This document shows, in pieces, positions 1 through 8,257 of a stretch of 64,000 bases of DNA (position 1 is the first letter of the stretch; the number at the start of each line of letters is the position of its first letter). Source of the stretch: a virus; IMG/VR virus record IMGVR_UViG_3300020183_000001, positions 18,634 through 82,633 of that record, one strand, 5' to 3'. The notes beneath the pieces were generated by a model. The model made no database searches. It was not told the origin of the DNA and was given only the letters and a program-made list of their open reading frames with translations. The position numbers and the translations under genes were made by a program.

Positions 1-156
1 CTCATAAATTGCTTTGTCGTAATGACCGCATCCACGAAGAAAACAAATGAATGAATCAATAATTTCACCAACAAACATTGCGTTAACAGTGTTTGTTATT
101 GTGGTGTTATCATCAACATGTTTGAATTCAAAGTGGTTAAACTGTTTTTCAGTCAT
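1..156 (-). CDS. hypothetical protein (partial, runs off window)
   Basis: ATG at 156, open to the window edge (MTEKQFNHFEFKHVDD...); abuts the SSB stop. Confidence 0.6.
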   Translation of the reverse strand, partial: MTEKQFNHFEFKHVDDNTTITNTVNAMFVGEIIDSFICFLRGCGHYDKAIYE

Positions 157-158
157 GA

Positions 159-974
159 TCAGAAAGGAGGTTCTCCATCGTCATCGGTAACTGAAGCCAT
201 TGCGTAACCAGGAAGATCAGGAAGGCTGGTACCAGTCTGCGCACCCCAAGGTTCAGCAAGATCTTCAGCAACCTTTCCACCCCACAGGCTAGCTACTCCT
301 GAGCCAGAAGCAACGGTTGTTTGCGGTTGAATTGGTTTGGCTTCATTGTTTCCTTTAGGTGCCAAGGTCATTGACACCAACTGAATCTTGGTAGCAACCT
401 TCTTCTCTTTGGTTTCTTTATCTGTCCAGGCATCTGTTACCAGTCTCCCCTGGATCGTAAGCCCCACACCTTTACGTGTAAAGTTAACAAGAAGTTCAGC
501 ATAGTTTAACTTATCTTCTGCAGCGTTAATTGCATAGAAGTTAAACAGATCTGATTGATTACGACCTGTATTAACACCAAGGGTTTGATTACAGATCATC
601 AACCCATCGGCCGTAGTTTTGAATGCACGTGCATCATCTTGATCGATGTCCTTAACACAGCGTCCGCTGAGAACAACTGTATTGAGGATTGGGAATGATG
701 CGTCAACTTGCGCAACAATTCCTCCATGTAAGGAATACGTTTTCGTATCGAGATCATATCGAAGCTTGGCGCCGTGAATGTAGATCTGTGCACCGGCTGG
801 AATACGGGCAAATCGTTCAGCAGCTTTACCATAAACATTTAGTTGAATTGGGGTTGGAGCTTTGTTACCTACTGGAGGCAACAACACATTACATACGGTT
901 GCAAAAGAGCTTTCGCTAATTGCTTTTTCTTTAGGAGCTTCGGCAGTTTGTGCACAAAGGAATGAAAGATTCAT
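159..974 (-). CDS. ssb: single-stranded DNA-binding protein with two tandem OB folds
   Basis: Two SSB-like repeats (MNLSFL...YGKAAE...G.QIYIHG.L and NTVVLSGR...RKG..LTIQGRLVTDAWTDKE); acidic tail DDDGEPPF; start moved to ATG 974, downstream of the RNA motif. Confidence 0.85.
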   Translation of the reverse strand: MNLSFLCAQTAEAPKEKAISESSFATVCNVLLPPVGNKAPTPIQLNVYGKAAERFARIPAGAQIYIHGAKLRYDLDTKTYSLHGGIVAQVDASFPILNTVVLSGRCVKDIDQDDARAFKTTADGLMICNQTLGVNTGRNQSDLFNFYAINAAEDKLNYAELLVNFTRKGVGLTIQGRLVTDAWTDKETKEKKVATKIQLVSMTLAPKGNNEAKPIQPQTTVASGSGVASLWGGKVAEDLAEPWGAQTGTSLPDLPGYAMASVTDDDGEPPF

Positions 975-995
975 GAGATCAAACAGTTGGTGGTA

Positions 996-1022
996 AGGCA
1001 GTTTAACGTCATACCTGGGACG
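996..1022 (-). repeat. family A pseudoknot motif, copy 1
   Basis: CGTCCCAGGTATGACGTTAAACTGCCT; S1 CGTC/GACG, S2 AGGTA/TGCCT. Confidence 0.8.
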
Positions 1023-1028
1023 GAACAA

Positions 1029-1175
1029 TTAAAATTCTTTTTTTATCTCATCTAAATACTCTACATACTTTTCAAAAAGAGCACCATCATTTCTTAATGA
1101 TGAATCAAAATGAGAATGAAAAAAGAAAGTTGCAATTTCATGCAGTTGTTTTGCAGTAGCTTTCCAATCAGTCAT
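1029..1175 (-). CDS. small hypothetical protein (48 aa)
   Basis: MTDWKATAKQLHEIATFFF...; fills the gap between pol and ssb. Confidence 0.6.
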   Translation of the reverse strand: MTDWKATAKQLHEIATFFFHSHFDSSLRNDGALFEKYVEYLDEIKKEF

Positions 1176-1176
1176 G

Positions 1177-3042
1177 TCAGTGCGTATCAAACCAGGTGCA
1201 GCCTACTTTAGCATCGCCATCGATAGGACAACGGAAGTTAAAGAATTGTTGAGCCTTTGGAAAAGCATCCAGTGCTACAGACTTAAGAATGTCTGTTAAT
1301 TCGGGTTTGCAAGCTAACTGAACTTCATCATGAATCATCGCAGCTTGTTGCCAATCAACACCATGTACATAACCAAGTTCATCCATATCTGTATGAATGT
1401 TAATAACAACTTGCTTCATAATTAATGCACCTGCTGATTGCAATAAAACATTTAATGCTTTGAAATCTGATCTACAATAAAGAATACGTTTATCTAAACC
1501 ACGTAACCAATTGTTTTCTTGTAGTGTTTTTGCAAGATGCTCTTTAAGTTTACGTAGTGCTGGTACACCATCCATGAATGAATTAATTGCAGTACTACCT
1601 AGTTTGCGCAGAACTACTTCATTTTTTTCATTCGGATCAATAACAGTTCCTGCTTTAAGTGCACCAGCTCCATAAGCCACAGCATAAAGTAAACGCTTAC
1701 TTATGTCTCTGGTAGCCACACCAAAACGTTCTTGATTATAAACGTGAATATCAATTGATTCATCTGTTACTACACGTGCATACTCGCCATCATCCCAGTA
1801 AGCAAGGTAACCAGCAAGGCACCTAAGTTCAAGAGCTTTAGCATCTACACCAATTAAGTTCCAACCATCTGGTGCATGAAACAAAGATCTACATTCTTTT
1901 CCGTAAGGTGAGTATGCTGCTGGTACCTGAGCCATGTTGGGGTTGCGATGACTGCAGCGACCAGTAATACATCCGTTTGTTACAACGTCACCATGAATAC
2001 ATCCTGTTTCATTGTTGACTAACTTAAGCCAAGCATTTTTACCATCAGCAATCTGACCAAGACGTTTCTCAATCAGCATGTACTCAGCTAATGGTTTGGC
2101 TTCTGGGTAAGGCAACTGTTCAAGTACGTCATCATCAAGGACAGGGTTTCCTTTTTCAGTTGATTTACTTGATTTCCATCCATACTTCTGCTGGAGCCTA
2201 CTGACAATTTGTTGCCTGGATCCAGGATTAAATTCTTCCAGTCGAACTTTTTCAAATGGAACCCCCTTTACATAACCACGTGTTTTGTTATTGACCTTTG
2301 GTACAAATACTTCTTTGTGTTCAATGGGTGGAAAGATTTCTTTTAAGTGTGTTTCAAGTTCTGTTTCTTTTGCTCTGAGACTATCCACCAGATCAAGAGC
2401 TGCATCCACATCAAAAGAAAAACCTGTTCGCACTTGTGCTTCAATGCATCCAGCAAAGTCATGTTCAAGTTTGAGTGCAGGTTCTGGATAGTTTTGTTTT
2501 TGGATTTTTTCAAATAGTTTTGTGGTAACTGCCACGTCTTGACGGCAGTAGTCTGCCATTGCTTCGGAGTATTCTGAAAAATCTTTGAAGTCAATCTTGT
2601 AATCAGCCAACCGATAACCCCACGCTTTAAGTGAGGCTGAACCACGGAGGCCCTTTGGAACCTCCGTATATTGTTCTTCATCAAGGTCATACAGTTTTTC
2701 TTTGGGCCAGATGAGTCGAGTACAAATGAGTGTATCAATAATTCGTGCAGCTCTAAACGTATAGAACGGATAAAGTTTACGAATTACAGGTAAGTCGTAG
2801 AACAGGATGTTATGGCCAATGAGCACATGAGCCCGAGCCAAATGCTCGAGACCACTAGCAATATCATCAGGCCCATAAGTAAAAGTTTGTTTTCGCTGGA
2901 CATCATACAGTACCAAGCAATGTATCTTCGTGACTTTGTCATAAAGATTATCGGTCTCCAAATCGAACACGTAATACTTCTCAACCTCTGAACTTGCCTT
3001 CAGCGGAAACTTCAAGTTTTTGACAGGCGAGATCTGAGTCAT
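1177..3042 (-). CDS. polA: T7-like family A DNA polymerase (3'-5' exonuclease + polymerase)
   Basis: Exo motifs FDLETD, GHNILFYD, YCRQD; motif A DAKALELR, motif B KRLLYAVAYG (Tyr at the 762-equivalent site), motif C HDE; start uncertain (3042/3078). Confidence 0.97.
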   Translation of the reverse strand: MTQISPVKNLKFPLKASSEVEKYYVFDLETDNLYDKVTKIHCLVLYDVQRKQTFTYGPDDIASGLEHLARAHVLIGHNILFYDLPVIRKLYPFYTFRAARIIDTLICTRLIWPKEKLYDLDEEQYTEVPKGLRGSASLKAWGYRLADYKIDFKDFSEYSEAMADYCRQDVAVTTKLFEKIQKQNYPEPALKLEHDFAGCIEAQVRTGFSFDVDAALDLVDSLRAKETELETHLKEIFPPIEHKEVFVPKVNNKTRGYVKGVPFEKVRLEEFNPGSRQQIVSRLQQKYGWKSSKSTEKGNPVLDDDVLEQLPYPEAKPLAEYMLIEKRLGQIADGKNAWLKLVNNETGCIHGDVVTNGCITGRCSHRNPNMAQVPAAYSPYGKECRSLFHAPDGWNLIGVDAKALELRCLAGYLAYWDDGEYARVVTDESIDIHVYNQERFGVATRDISKRLLYAVAYGAGALKAGTVIDPNEKNEVVLRKLGSTAINSFMDGVPALRKLKEHLAKTLQENNWLRGLDKRILYCRSDFKALNVLLQSAGALIMKQVVINIHTDMDELGYVHGVDWQQAAMIHDEVQLACKPELTDILKSVALDAFPKAQQFFNFRCPIDGDAKVGCTWFDTH

Positions 3043-3214
3043 GTTCAATAATCCATTGCAAGATCTGTGCTGCACCAACGCGATATGGATGGCAAAAAAC
3101 TTTGGACAGATCCGAATCAGATTCTACAGGAATCAAGACGAACTTGTTCTTATTTGAATCTGCTCGGACGCAATAGTTAACACCATCTTTACATGTAGCA
3201 ATAACGTAAGACAC
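2981..3214 (-). CDS. hypothetical protein
   Basis: 77-aa ORF filling the gap; its 3' end overlaps the pol start. Confidence 0.6.
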   Translation of the reverse strand: MSYVIATCKDGVNYCVRADSNKNKFVLIPVESDSDLSKVFCHPYRVGAAQILQWIIEHDSDLACQKLEVSAEGKFRG

Positions 3215-3291
3215 AAAAAGTTCCAGAAGAAAGAACAGTTAAATGATACTGTCCTTCTTCTGGAATGCAACTATGTCAGCCAATCAGTATT

Positions 3292-4062
3292 TTATTTTTT
3301 GTAACCAGTCCATTGACCGTTCTTGCGTCGAGCCGCCAGTGCTTTGGATGCTTCGGATCCAGCACGTTGAACATTATGTACAAGTAAAGCAAAAGAGCTG
3401 GGACCAAAGCAATGACTGTCATCGTGGTCAATTTCCAATCCCATTTGCTCAGCCTGTTCTTCTGTGTATACAACATAAGCAACACGATAAAATACTTCTG
3501 GATACTTGGGAAGCAGGTAGTCAAGCGTACCACCAACTGATGCAGTCAGATAAAAGTTATCTGGAATTACATGACGTAACTCATACCACATACCCAAAGA
3601 TTTTGTGTAGGCATAAAACTTAACATCAGGATTTTGTCTAGCAACCTGGAGCCATGCACGGAAATACAACTCAGTATAAAAATCACCACTCTCATGTACA
3701 CGTACAAGATCACAAGGTTCACGTACGGGTTGTGCAGCTTGAATTGATTCATGAATAAGTTGAGTTAACAATACAAGTTTTTCTTCTGGTCGATCAACAG
3801 AATACATTACTTCCTTGATCAGATCCCAGTTACCCCAACGTGAATCACGTACGCCTGGCCTAGTCTCTGCCATTGCAGCAAAGCAGCGATAGTCTTGCCA
3901 GCTAGGACCATTCTCTTGTGGCAGATCAATGATCTTCCCTGTGGTACGATCAGCCATAGTTTTGCACACACCAGCGTGCGGACATGTATAACCAGCAGGC
4001 AACGAAAAGATTAATCGTTTACCAAGTTTGGCATTGCCGGTAGAAAAACTAAGTTGTTCCAT
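3292..4062 (-). CDS. Gp88-like protein (Cys-motif, radical-SAM-like fold suspected)
   Basis: GNAKL...FSLPAGYTCP.AG.C...C.A and RVHESGDFY...YAYTKS motifs typical of the phage gene-product-88 family. Confidence 0.8.
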   Translation of the reverse strand: MEQLSFSTGNAKLGKRLIFSLPAGYTCPHAGVCKTMADRTTGKIIDLPQENGPSWQDYRCFAAMAETRPGVRDSRWGNWDLIKEVMYSVDRPEEKLVLLTQLIHESIQAAQPVREPCDLVRVHESGDFYTELYFRAWLQVARQNPDVKFYAYTKSLGMWYELRHVIPDNFYLTASVGGTLDYLLPKYPEVFYRVAYVVYTEEQAEQMGLEIDHDDSHCFGPSSFALLVHNVQRAGSEASKALAARRKNGQWTGYKK

Positions 4063-4084
4063 GGTTGTGTTGAGTTGAGTGAAC

Positions 4085-4111
4085 AAGCAGTTTAATGTCG
4101 TGCTCAGGACA
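4085..4111 (-). repeat. family A pseudoknot motif, copy 2
   Basis: TGTCCTGAGCACGACATTAAACTGCTT; compensatory C-G to U-A change in S1. Confidence 0.8.
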
Positions 4112-4128
4112 AATCAATTGTTTGTAAC

Positions 4129-4755
4129 TTAACTAAATGCAGCCTCACCAATAATTGGAAACTGTTTACAAAAAATTTCTTTACACTGTTCTGCAATACG
4201 TCTGTGTTCAAGTTGTGTGCTTACATCAGTTCGTATTTGAATGTAATGTAGCCAACTACGTAATGTACCTGACATGTGCATAGTTGTTTGTGTACACAAA
4301 GGAAGTATGCGCCTGGCACACTCCTTTGCTACACCCGCTTCCAACAACTCTTCATACAGTTGAGTAACAGCAAGTAATACTTCTGTTGTTTTATTTTTTA
4401 AATTTACTTTAACGACTGGATCAATATTATCAATTGAATTCTGTCTGTTCTTCAAGTCTTGTCTTCTGTAATCAGGGATTGTAAATGGTTGAGCTTTAGC
4501 ATAACGAGTTGAATATTCTTGAAATGAAAATGAACGATGCCTAAGTATTTGTGCAGCAATATCACGTTCTGTGTGAATAGTTAAAGTCATGTGCGCCATT
4601 TCAAATGGCGACCAGTGTTTGTGTGTAATTAAATAACGCAACAACTTTGGAGCGGTCACCATATTAGTTGCGTTATCAGGATTAGAAACCCTGGCTAACT
4701 CAACAATAATTTCTTCTGCATTAGGTGTTGCAGATTTAAAAACAACTTGCGTCAT
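4129..4755 (-). CDS. thyX: FAD-dependent thymidylate synthase
   Basis: HWSPFE, QILRHRSFSFQEYSTRY (ThyX RHRx7S motif), AKECAR, TQLEHR. Confidence 0.97.
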   Translation of the reverse strand: MTQVVFKSATPNAEEIIVELARVSNPDNATNMVTAPKLLRYLITHKHWSPFEMAHMTLTIHTERDIAAQILRHRSFSFQEYSTRYAKAQPFTIPDYRRQDLKNRQNSIDNIDPVVKVNLKNKTTEVLLAVTQLYEELLEAGVAKECARRILPLCTQTTMHMSGTLRSWLHYIQIRTDVSTQLEHRRIAEQCKEIFCKQFPIIGEAAFS

Positions 4756-4778
4756 AGTAGTTTGTTTAGATGATCGGA

Positions 4779-4973
4779 CTAAGAGGCTGAAGGATAGTTA
4801 AACAGTTTCTCAATTCGGGCTACTTCGTTTTCGTAAAACTCCATAGCTTCAAACGGGTCCATGTCGTAGGTAAAAGCCAGCACATCTAGTTTGTCCCTCA
4901 GTTCACCAGGCTCTTGTAGTTGCCGAAGAATAAACAGCCGGACTTCGTCTTTGTGGGATTTTTTCAAAGTCAT
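4779..4973 (-). CDS. hypothetical protein
   Basis: 64-aa ORF, co-directional in the operon. Confidence 0.6.
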   Translation of the reverse strand: MTLKKSHKDEVRLFILRQLQEPGELRDKLDVLAFTYDMDPFEAMEFYENEVARIEKLFNYPSAS

Positions 4974-5037
4974 TAGTGGTGTTGATTACTAGGTTTAAGC
5001 ATTCCTTTCCTCTACTGTGTTGGTTTAAATTGATAGA

Positions 5038-5319
5038 TTATTTTTCAAACTCTTTTTTTAATTCTTCGTATTCCTTGCGCCGTTTTTCTTCTCGTTTTTT
5101 CAACGATTTTATTCGTCTTTCGTATTCTTTGTCGGTCTCCAAACGATGTTTGTAAACGTAATATTCCACACCATCGTATCCCCTGTTTTCCATTTCAATT
5201 CCTTCCCAACCATCATCTAGCTCTGATTGCAATAAAGAAATAATCTTTTCAAGAGGACCTTGGAAATCATCCCAAAATCGTTCGGTTTCTTTAACTTGAA
5301 TTTTAAAAGAAGTAGTCAT
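5038..5319 (-). CDS. hypothetical protein
   Basis: 93 aa with strong RBS (GAGGAAAGGA); charged C-terminus. Confidence 0.7.
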   Translation of the reverse strand: MTTSFKIQVKETERFWDDFQGPLEKIISLLQSELDDGWEGIEMENRGYDGVEYYVYKHRLETDKEYERRIKSLKKREEKRRKEYEELKKEFEK

Positions 5320-5331
5320 TAGTCCTTTCCT

Positions 5332-5646
5332 CTACTGTTCAAGAATGAAGTTCAGTGGCATTGCTGAGTAGTCCAATTCGCGGGCAATTTGAAGCAGTTC
5401 AGGTGCGGCAATCATCCCTTGGCCGTCTTGGCACTGGTTAATCACTTCACGCAAAGCGGCGGCCAGCATTTCCTTGTCGCTGACCTCACGGTTGCGCAGA
5501 TCAGCAAGTGTGCAGTAGGCGTCAAAGATTGCTTCTGTTTTCTCTTCAACCTTTTTGCGGGCAGCCTTCTGCCACCAACACGGTTCAAGTTTAACGCCAG
5601 ATACATCAGCGCTGGCTTGGCGCAGGTTATTCATGGGGTCACTCAT
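5332..5646 (-). CDS. hypothetical protein
   Basis: Probable start MSDPMNNL; locally GC-richer. Confidence 0.6.
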   Translation of the reverse strand: MSDPMNNLRQASADVSGVKLEPCWWQKAARKKVEEKTEAIFDAYCTLADLRNREVSDKEMLAAALREVINQCQDGQGMIAAPELLQIARELDYSAMPLNFILEQ

Positions 5647-5839
5647 CAGAAGAAAACCGCCAGAAACTAATCTTGAAAAACGGGAAAGACTTAATAGGAA
5701 ATACAATCCACGTTTTTTGGCTAGTCAAATCAATCCATCCGGTAAGCCCTCGTGGATTAAGACACCCTTGGTTGTGCCAGACCAAACCAAATACTTTGCC
5801 CCAGTCAGACGTGATCTGGATAGGAAGGTCGTCAGTCAT
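5639..5839 (-). CDS. hypothetical protein
   Basis: 66 aa, stop overlaps the next start. Confidence 0.55.
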   Translation of the reverse strand: MTDDLPIQITSDWGKVFGLVWHNQGCLNPRGLTGWIDLTSQKTWIVFPIKSFPFFKISFWRFSSDE

Positions 5840-5869
5840 TAGTCGCTTTCTCTTGTGTGTGTAGTTAAG

Positions 5870-6169
5870 TTATTCAATAGCATTGCGGTAATCCTGGAGC
5901 ACACCAGCTAGTTCATGTTCGTGGCACAGACGGAACTGTGCATGTGTTGATGATCTGCCGTTGTCCCAAGCTACATCGTAGTAGGTGTAGGTGTGTTTGC
6001 GTGCATCTTTTTTTTCAAATACATTGGTTACAACACCAATGCGTTGAGTTGAATTACGCAACACAACAATTGTTTTTTCTGGTCTGATAGTTGGGATGTA
6101 ATTGTCTTTTGGTTTTTCAGCAACGCGATCACCAACCTTGAATCGAATAATCTTAACGTGTTTAGACAT
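5870..6169 (-). CDS. hypothetical protein (KOW/SH3-like)
   Basis: FKVGDRV...IGVVTNV...YYDVAWD pattern; probable start MSKHVK. Confidence 0.6.
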   Translation of the reverse strand: MSKHVKIIRFKVGDRVAEKPKDNYIPTIRPEKTIVVLRNSTQRIGVVTNVFEKKDARKHTYTYYDVAWDNGRSSTHAQFRLCHEHELAGVLQDYRNAIE

Positions 6170-6500
6170 GGGTCCAGACTTTGTAGTTAACAATACGTGA
6201 CACGTGGCCACTGTTGATTCCGTAGATAACAGCAATAGCACGGTTTGATTTGCCTTGACGTTTTAATCTACGAATATCAAGGATGTTCTTTTCAATTAAT
6301 ATTGCATTACCATTTTTAACTCCTTGTGTGTCAGGTAGTTTACCACCACGCTTAGGTCCTCGCTGGTACTTGAGATACCGTTCAACTGTTAAGAACTTTT
6401 TGTTGCAATCAAAGCATTGACAATACCGTTTGGTAAAAGTGTCATAACGATCTGTTGAACTAATTTTTGTATTAGTGCTGTGACATTTAGGACAACGCAT
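6162..6500 (-). CDS. NrdR-like Zn-ribbon fused to an HTH-type DNA-binding domain
   Basis: MRCPKC...RYCQCFDCNKKFLTVE (NrdR N-terminus-like) plus a C-terminal helical domain (IAVIYGI...SRIVNYKVWTHV). Confidence 0.75.
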   Translation of the reverse strand: MRCPKCHSTNTKISSTDRYDTFTKRYCQCFDCNKKFLTVERYLKYQRGPKRGGKLPDTQGVKNGNAILIEKNILDIRRLKRQGKSNRAIAVIYGINSGHVSRIVNYKVWTHV

Positions 6501-6657
6501 TAATTCTTTTCAGTAACTAAGTTGTCTACTACTGCAGGTAAGTATTCATCCAACCAATCTTCAACAGTAAGCTGATCTTCTGCAGCAATAGCAACAAGTT
6601 TCCAATAGGTGCTTTCTTTTAAAGAAAGACGTACATCAATAAACTTTTCTCGTTCAG

Positions 6658-6936
6658 TCATGATTCAATTTCAGTAGGAACTTTATTAAGCTGGAGCGAA
6701 TCTAACACATGTACTGTGGTATCAATACCAACAAAAGAAATAAGATCTTGAATGATCTCATCTTTATGTTCGTGATAATACTCAGAGAGTGATAGTTCTG
6801 CAAGCTTAAGCAATGTATTGAGATCCATCAAATCTACAATCTGTGCAATAGCTGCATCTCTTACTAGATCCCATGTGTGGTCAGGAATGTTGTCGTTGAT
6901 TTGTTGGATGAGCTGTTGAAGTTCTTCTGGTTGCAT
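6658..6936 (-). CDS. hypothetical protein
   Basis: 92-aa helical ORF downstream of the hairpin at 6946-6965. Confidence 0.65.
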   Translation of the reverse strand: MQPEELQQLIQQINDNIPDHTWDLVRDAAIAQIVDLMDLNTLLKLAELSLSEYYHEHKDEIIQDLISFVGIDTTVHVLDSLQLNKVPTEIES

Positions 6937-6987
6937 AAAATAAATACCCCCGTTTGCACGGGGGCTGAGTTGTGTTTCGTAAGTAGT

Positions 6988-7344
6988 TTAAACAGCTTGA
7001 GCACTGGTGTCAATGATGTTATCCATCATGCCAGCCTCACGCATCTTATCCAACATTGCGCACATAATGGTAGCGTGTTCATGTGTTTTATCCATGAATG
7101 CTTTAGCGCGTTCAGGAGTAATGGCATGAACAGTACCATTGGCTTCTACGTATTGCCAGCTACCATCAGGCATTGGTTCTCCCTGGAGTGCAAGACGCTC
7201 TGAGTTGCGTACGTACCTGAACTCAAGATTGTGACAATCAGTAAGACCGTCTACATCAGTCCAGGTCAAGCCAAGGTTGTAACGCTTGTCCTCATCCATG
7301 TAACCATGGGGTTGAGGAATGAGATGTTTGAAGTAGGAAAACAT
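6988..7344 (-). CDS. hypothetical protein
   Basis: 118 aa, preceded by a family B motif and an ACTCAATTCA leader. Confidence 0.7.
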   Translation of the reverse strand: MFSYFKHLIPQPHGYMDEDKRYNLGLTWTDVDGLTDCHNLEFRYVRNSERLALQGEPMPDGSWQYVEANGTVHAITPERAKAFMDKTHEHATIMCAMLDKMREAGMMDNIIDTSAQAV

Positions 7345-7374
7345 GGTGTGAATTGAGTAAATGAACTATTAAAC

Positions 7375-7402
7375 CTGGGACTTACACTGTATAGATGCCC
7401 AG
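7375..7402 (-). repeat. family B bulged hairpin, copy 1
   Basis: CTGGGCATC-TATACA-GTGTAAGTCCCAG. Confidence 0.8.
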
Positions 7403-7406
7403 TTAG

Positions 7407-7904
7407 TCAAACGTTTTTCCAAGTAACTCCCCTGTGGATAAATTGAATACACATATAAGTAACACCATAAACGCCAGCAATTTCTTTATATGCTTGATAA
7501 CAAGATGGATAAGTAGCCATAAACTTTGGATCGTAAAGCATTGTTTTAATTTCCATAACTTGTGATCGAGTAAGTTTAGATGTAAATGGTTTTAGGTTTT
7601 GATTTCTATTTTTTATATATTTCTTGGGTTCTTCTCTTGGAAGTTTTGTAATCTTTGGTTCAATACGTTGTTCAATTTGCCGACCATCTTCTGTATAATC
7701 AATGCGTACAACAGTAGGTTTACTAACTTTTGGTTTGGTTACAACAGGAGCTTGTTCTACTTTTTTAATTACTTTGGTTGTACTGGTTGGCAACTTAATT
7801 GATTGCTCAATTCCATTGTCATCAGTAACAGAGATGTGGAAATAGTTATCTGTTTTAAATACAGATACTTGTTGTGGCTTGGTGTAAGTAACAATAGGTT
7901 GCAT
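7407..7904 (-). CDS. putative DNA-binding protein with C-terminal HTH-like domain
   Basis: C-terminus SKLTRSQVMEIK...IAGVYGVT...IHRGVTWKNV resembles that of 6162-6500; start set after the tRNA. Confidence 0.65.
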   Translation of the reverse strand: MQPIVTYTKPQQVSVFKTDNYFHISVTDDNGIEQSIKLPTSTTKVIKKVEQAPVVTKPKVSKPTVVRIDYTEDGRQIEQRIEPKITKLPREEPKKYIKNRNQNLKPFTSKLTRSQVMEIKTMLYDPKFMATYPSCYQAYKEIAGVYGVTYMCIQFIHRGVTWKNV

Positions 7905-7924
7905 GATTTTAATAGCAAATGGAT

Positions 7925-8000
7925 TGGTACCTGAGGTGAGATTTGAACTCACGCTGGAACGATTTTAAGTCGTTTGCCTCTTCCGCTGGGCTACTCAGGC
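7925..8000 (-). tRNA. trnL: tRNA-Leu(UAA), short variable loop, encoded CCA
   Basis: Acceptor GCCTGAG/CTCAGGT, anticodon arm AACGA-CTTAAAA-TCGTT, T-arm GTGAG-TTCAAAT-CTCAC, ACCA end; 76 nt. Confidence 0.93.
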
Positions 8001-8206
8001 ATACTTGGATTTACACTCACATCTATTGATGTGTGATACCAAGTATGATCATGAGGCAGCGGTTCGCAGCCATAGTTCCACGTATCGTAATCATTCTCGT
8101 TACGTGGGTCTTCAATCAGGATGTACTGAGGTGAGTTGTCATGAATGTAGTTACTAATAGTTGCCATTGCCATGGCAAGAAGTTGATCGTCTGTGTAGTC
8201 AGTCAT
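7991..8206 (-). CDS. hypothetical protein
   Basis: 71 aa; stop overlaps the tRNA 5' end. Confidence 0.6.
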   Translation of the reverse strand: MTDYTDDQLLAMAMATISNYIHDNSPQYILIEDPRNENDYDTWNYGCEPLPHDHTWYHTSIDVSVNPSMPE

Positions 8207-8212
8207 TAAGTG

Positions 8213-8246
8213 TGACCCGTCCTATCCTCGACAATAGGGCGGGTCA
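8213..8246. other. strong intergenic hairpin
   Basis: TGACCCGTCCTAT-N8-ATAGGGCGGGTCA. Confidence 0.6.
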
Positions 8247-8257
8247 GCCTGTGGGGG

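Noticed and set aside
975-1028. N-terminal extensions in the ORF track (also 4063-4086, 10016-10060, 15264-15413, 16757-16819)
   Set aside because: They run through the intergenic RNA motifs or leaders from weak starts; downstream starts fit better
1177-4755. Introns or inteins in polA and thyX (also terL)
   Set aside because: ORFs are continuous, of normal length, with no splicing motifs
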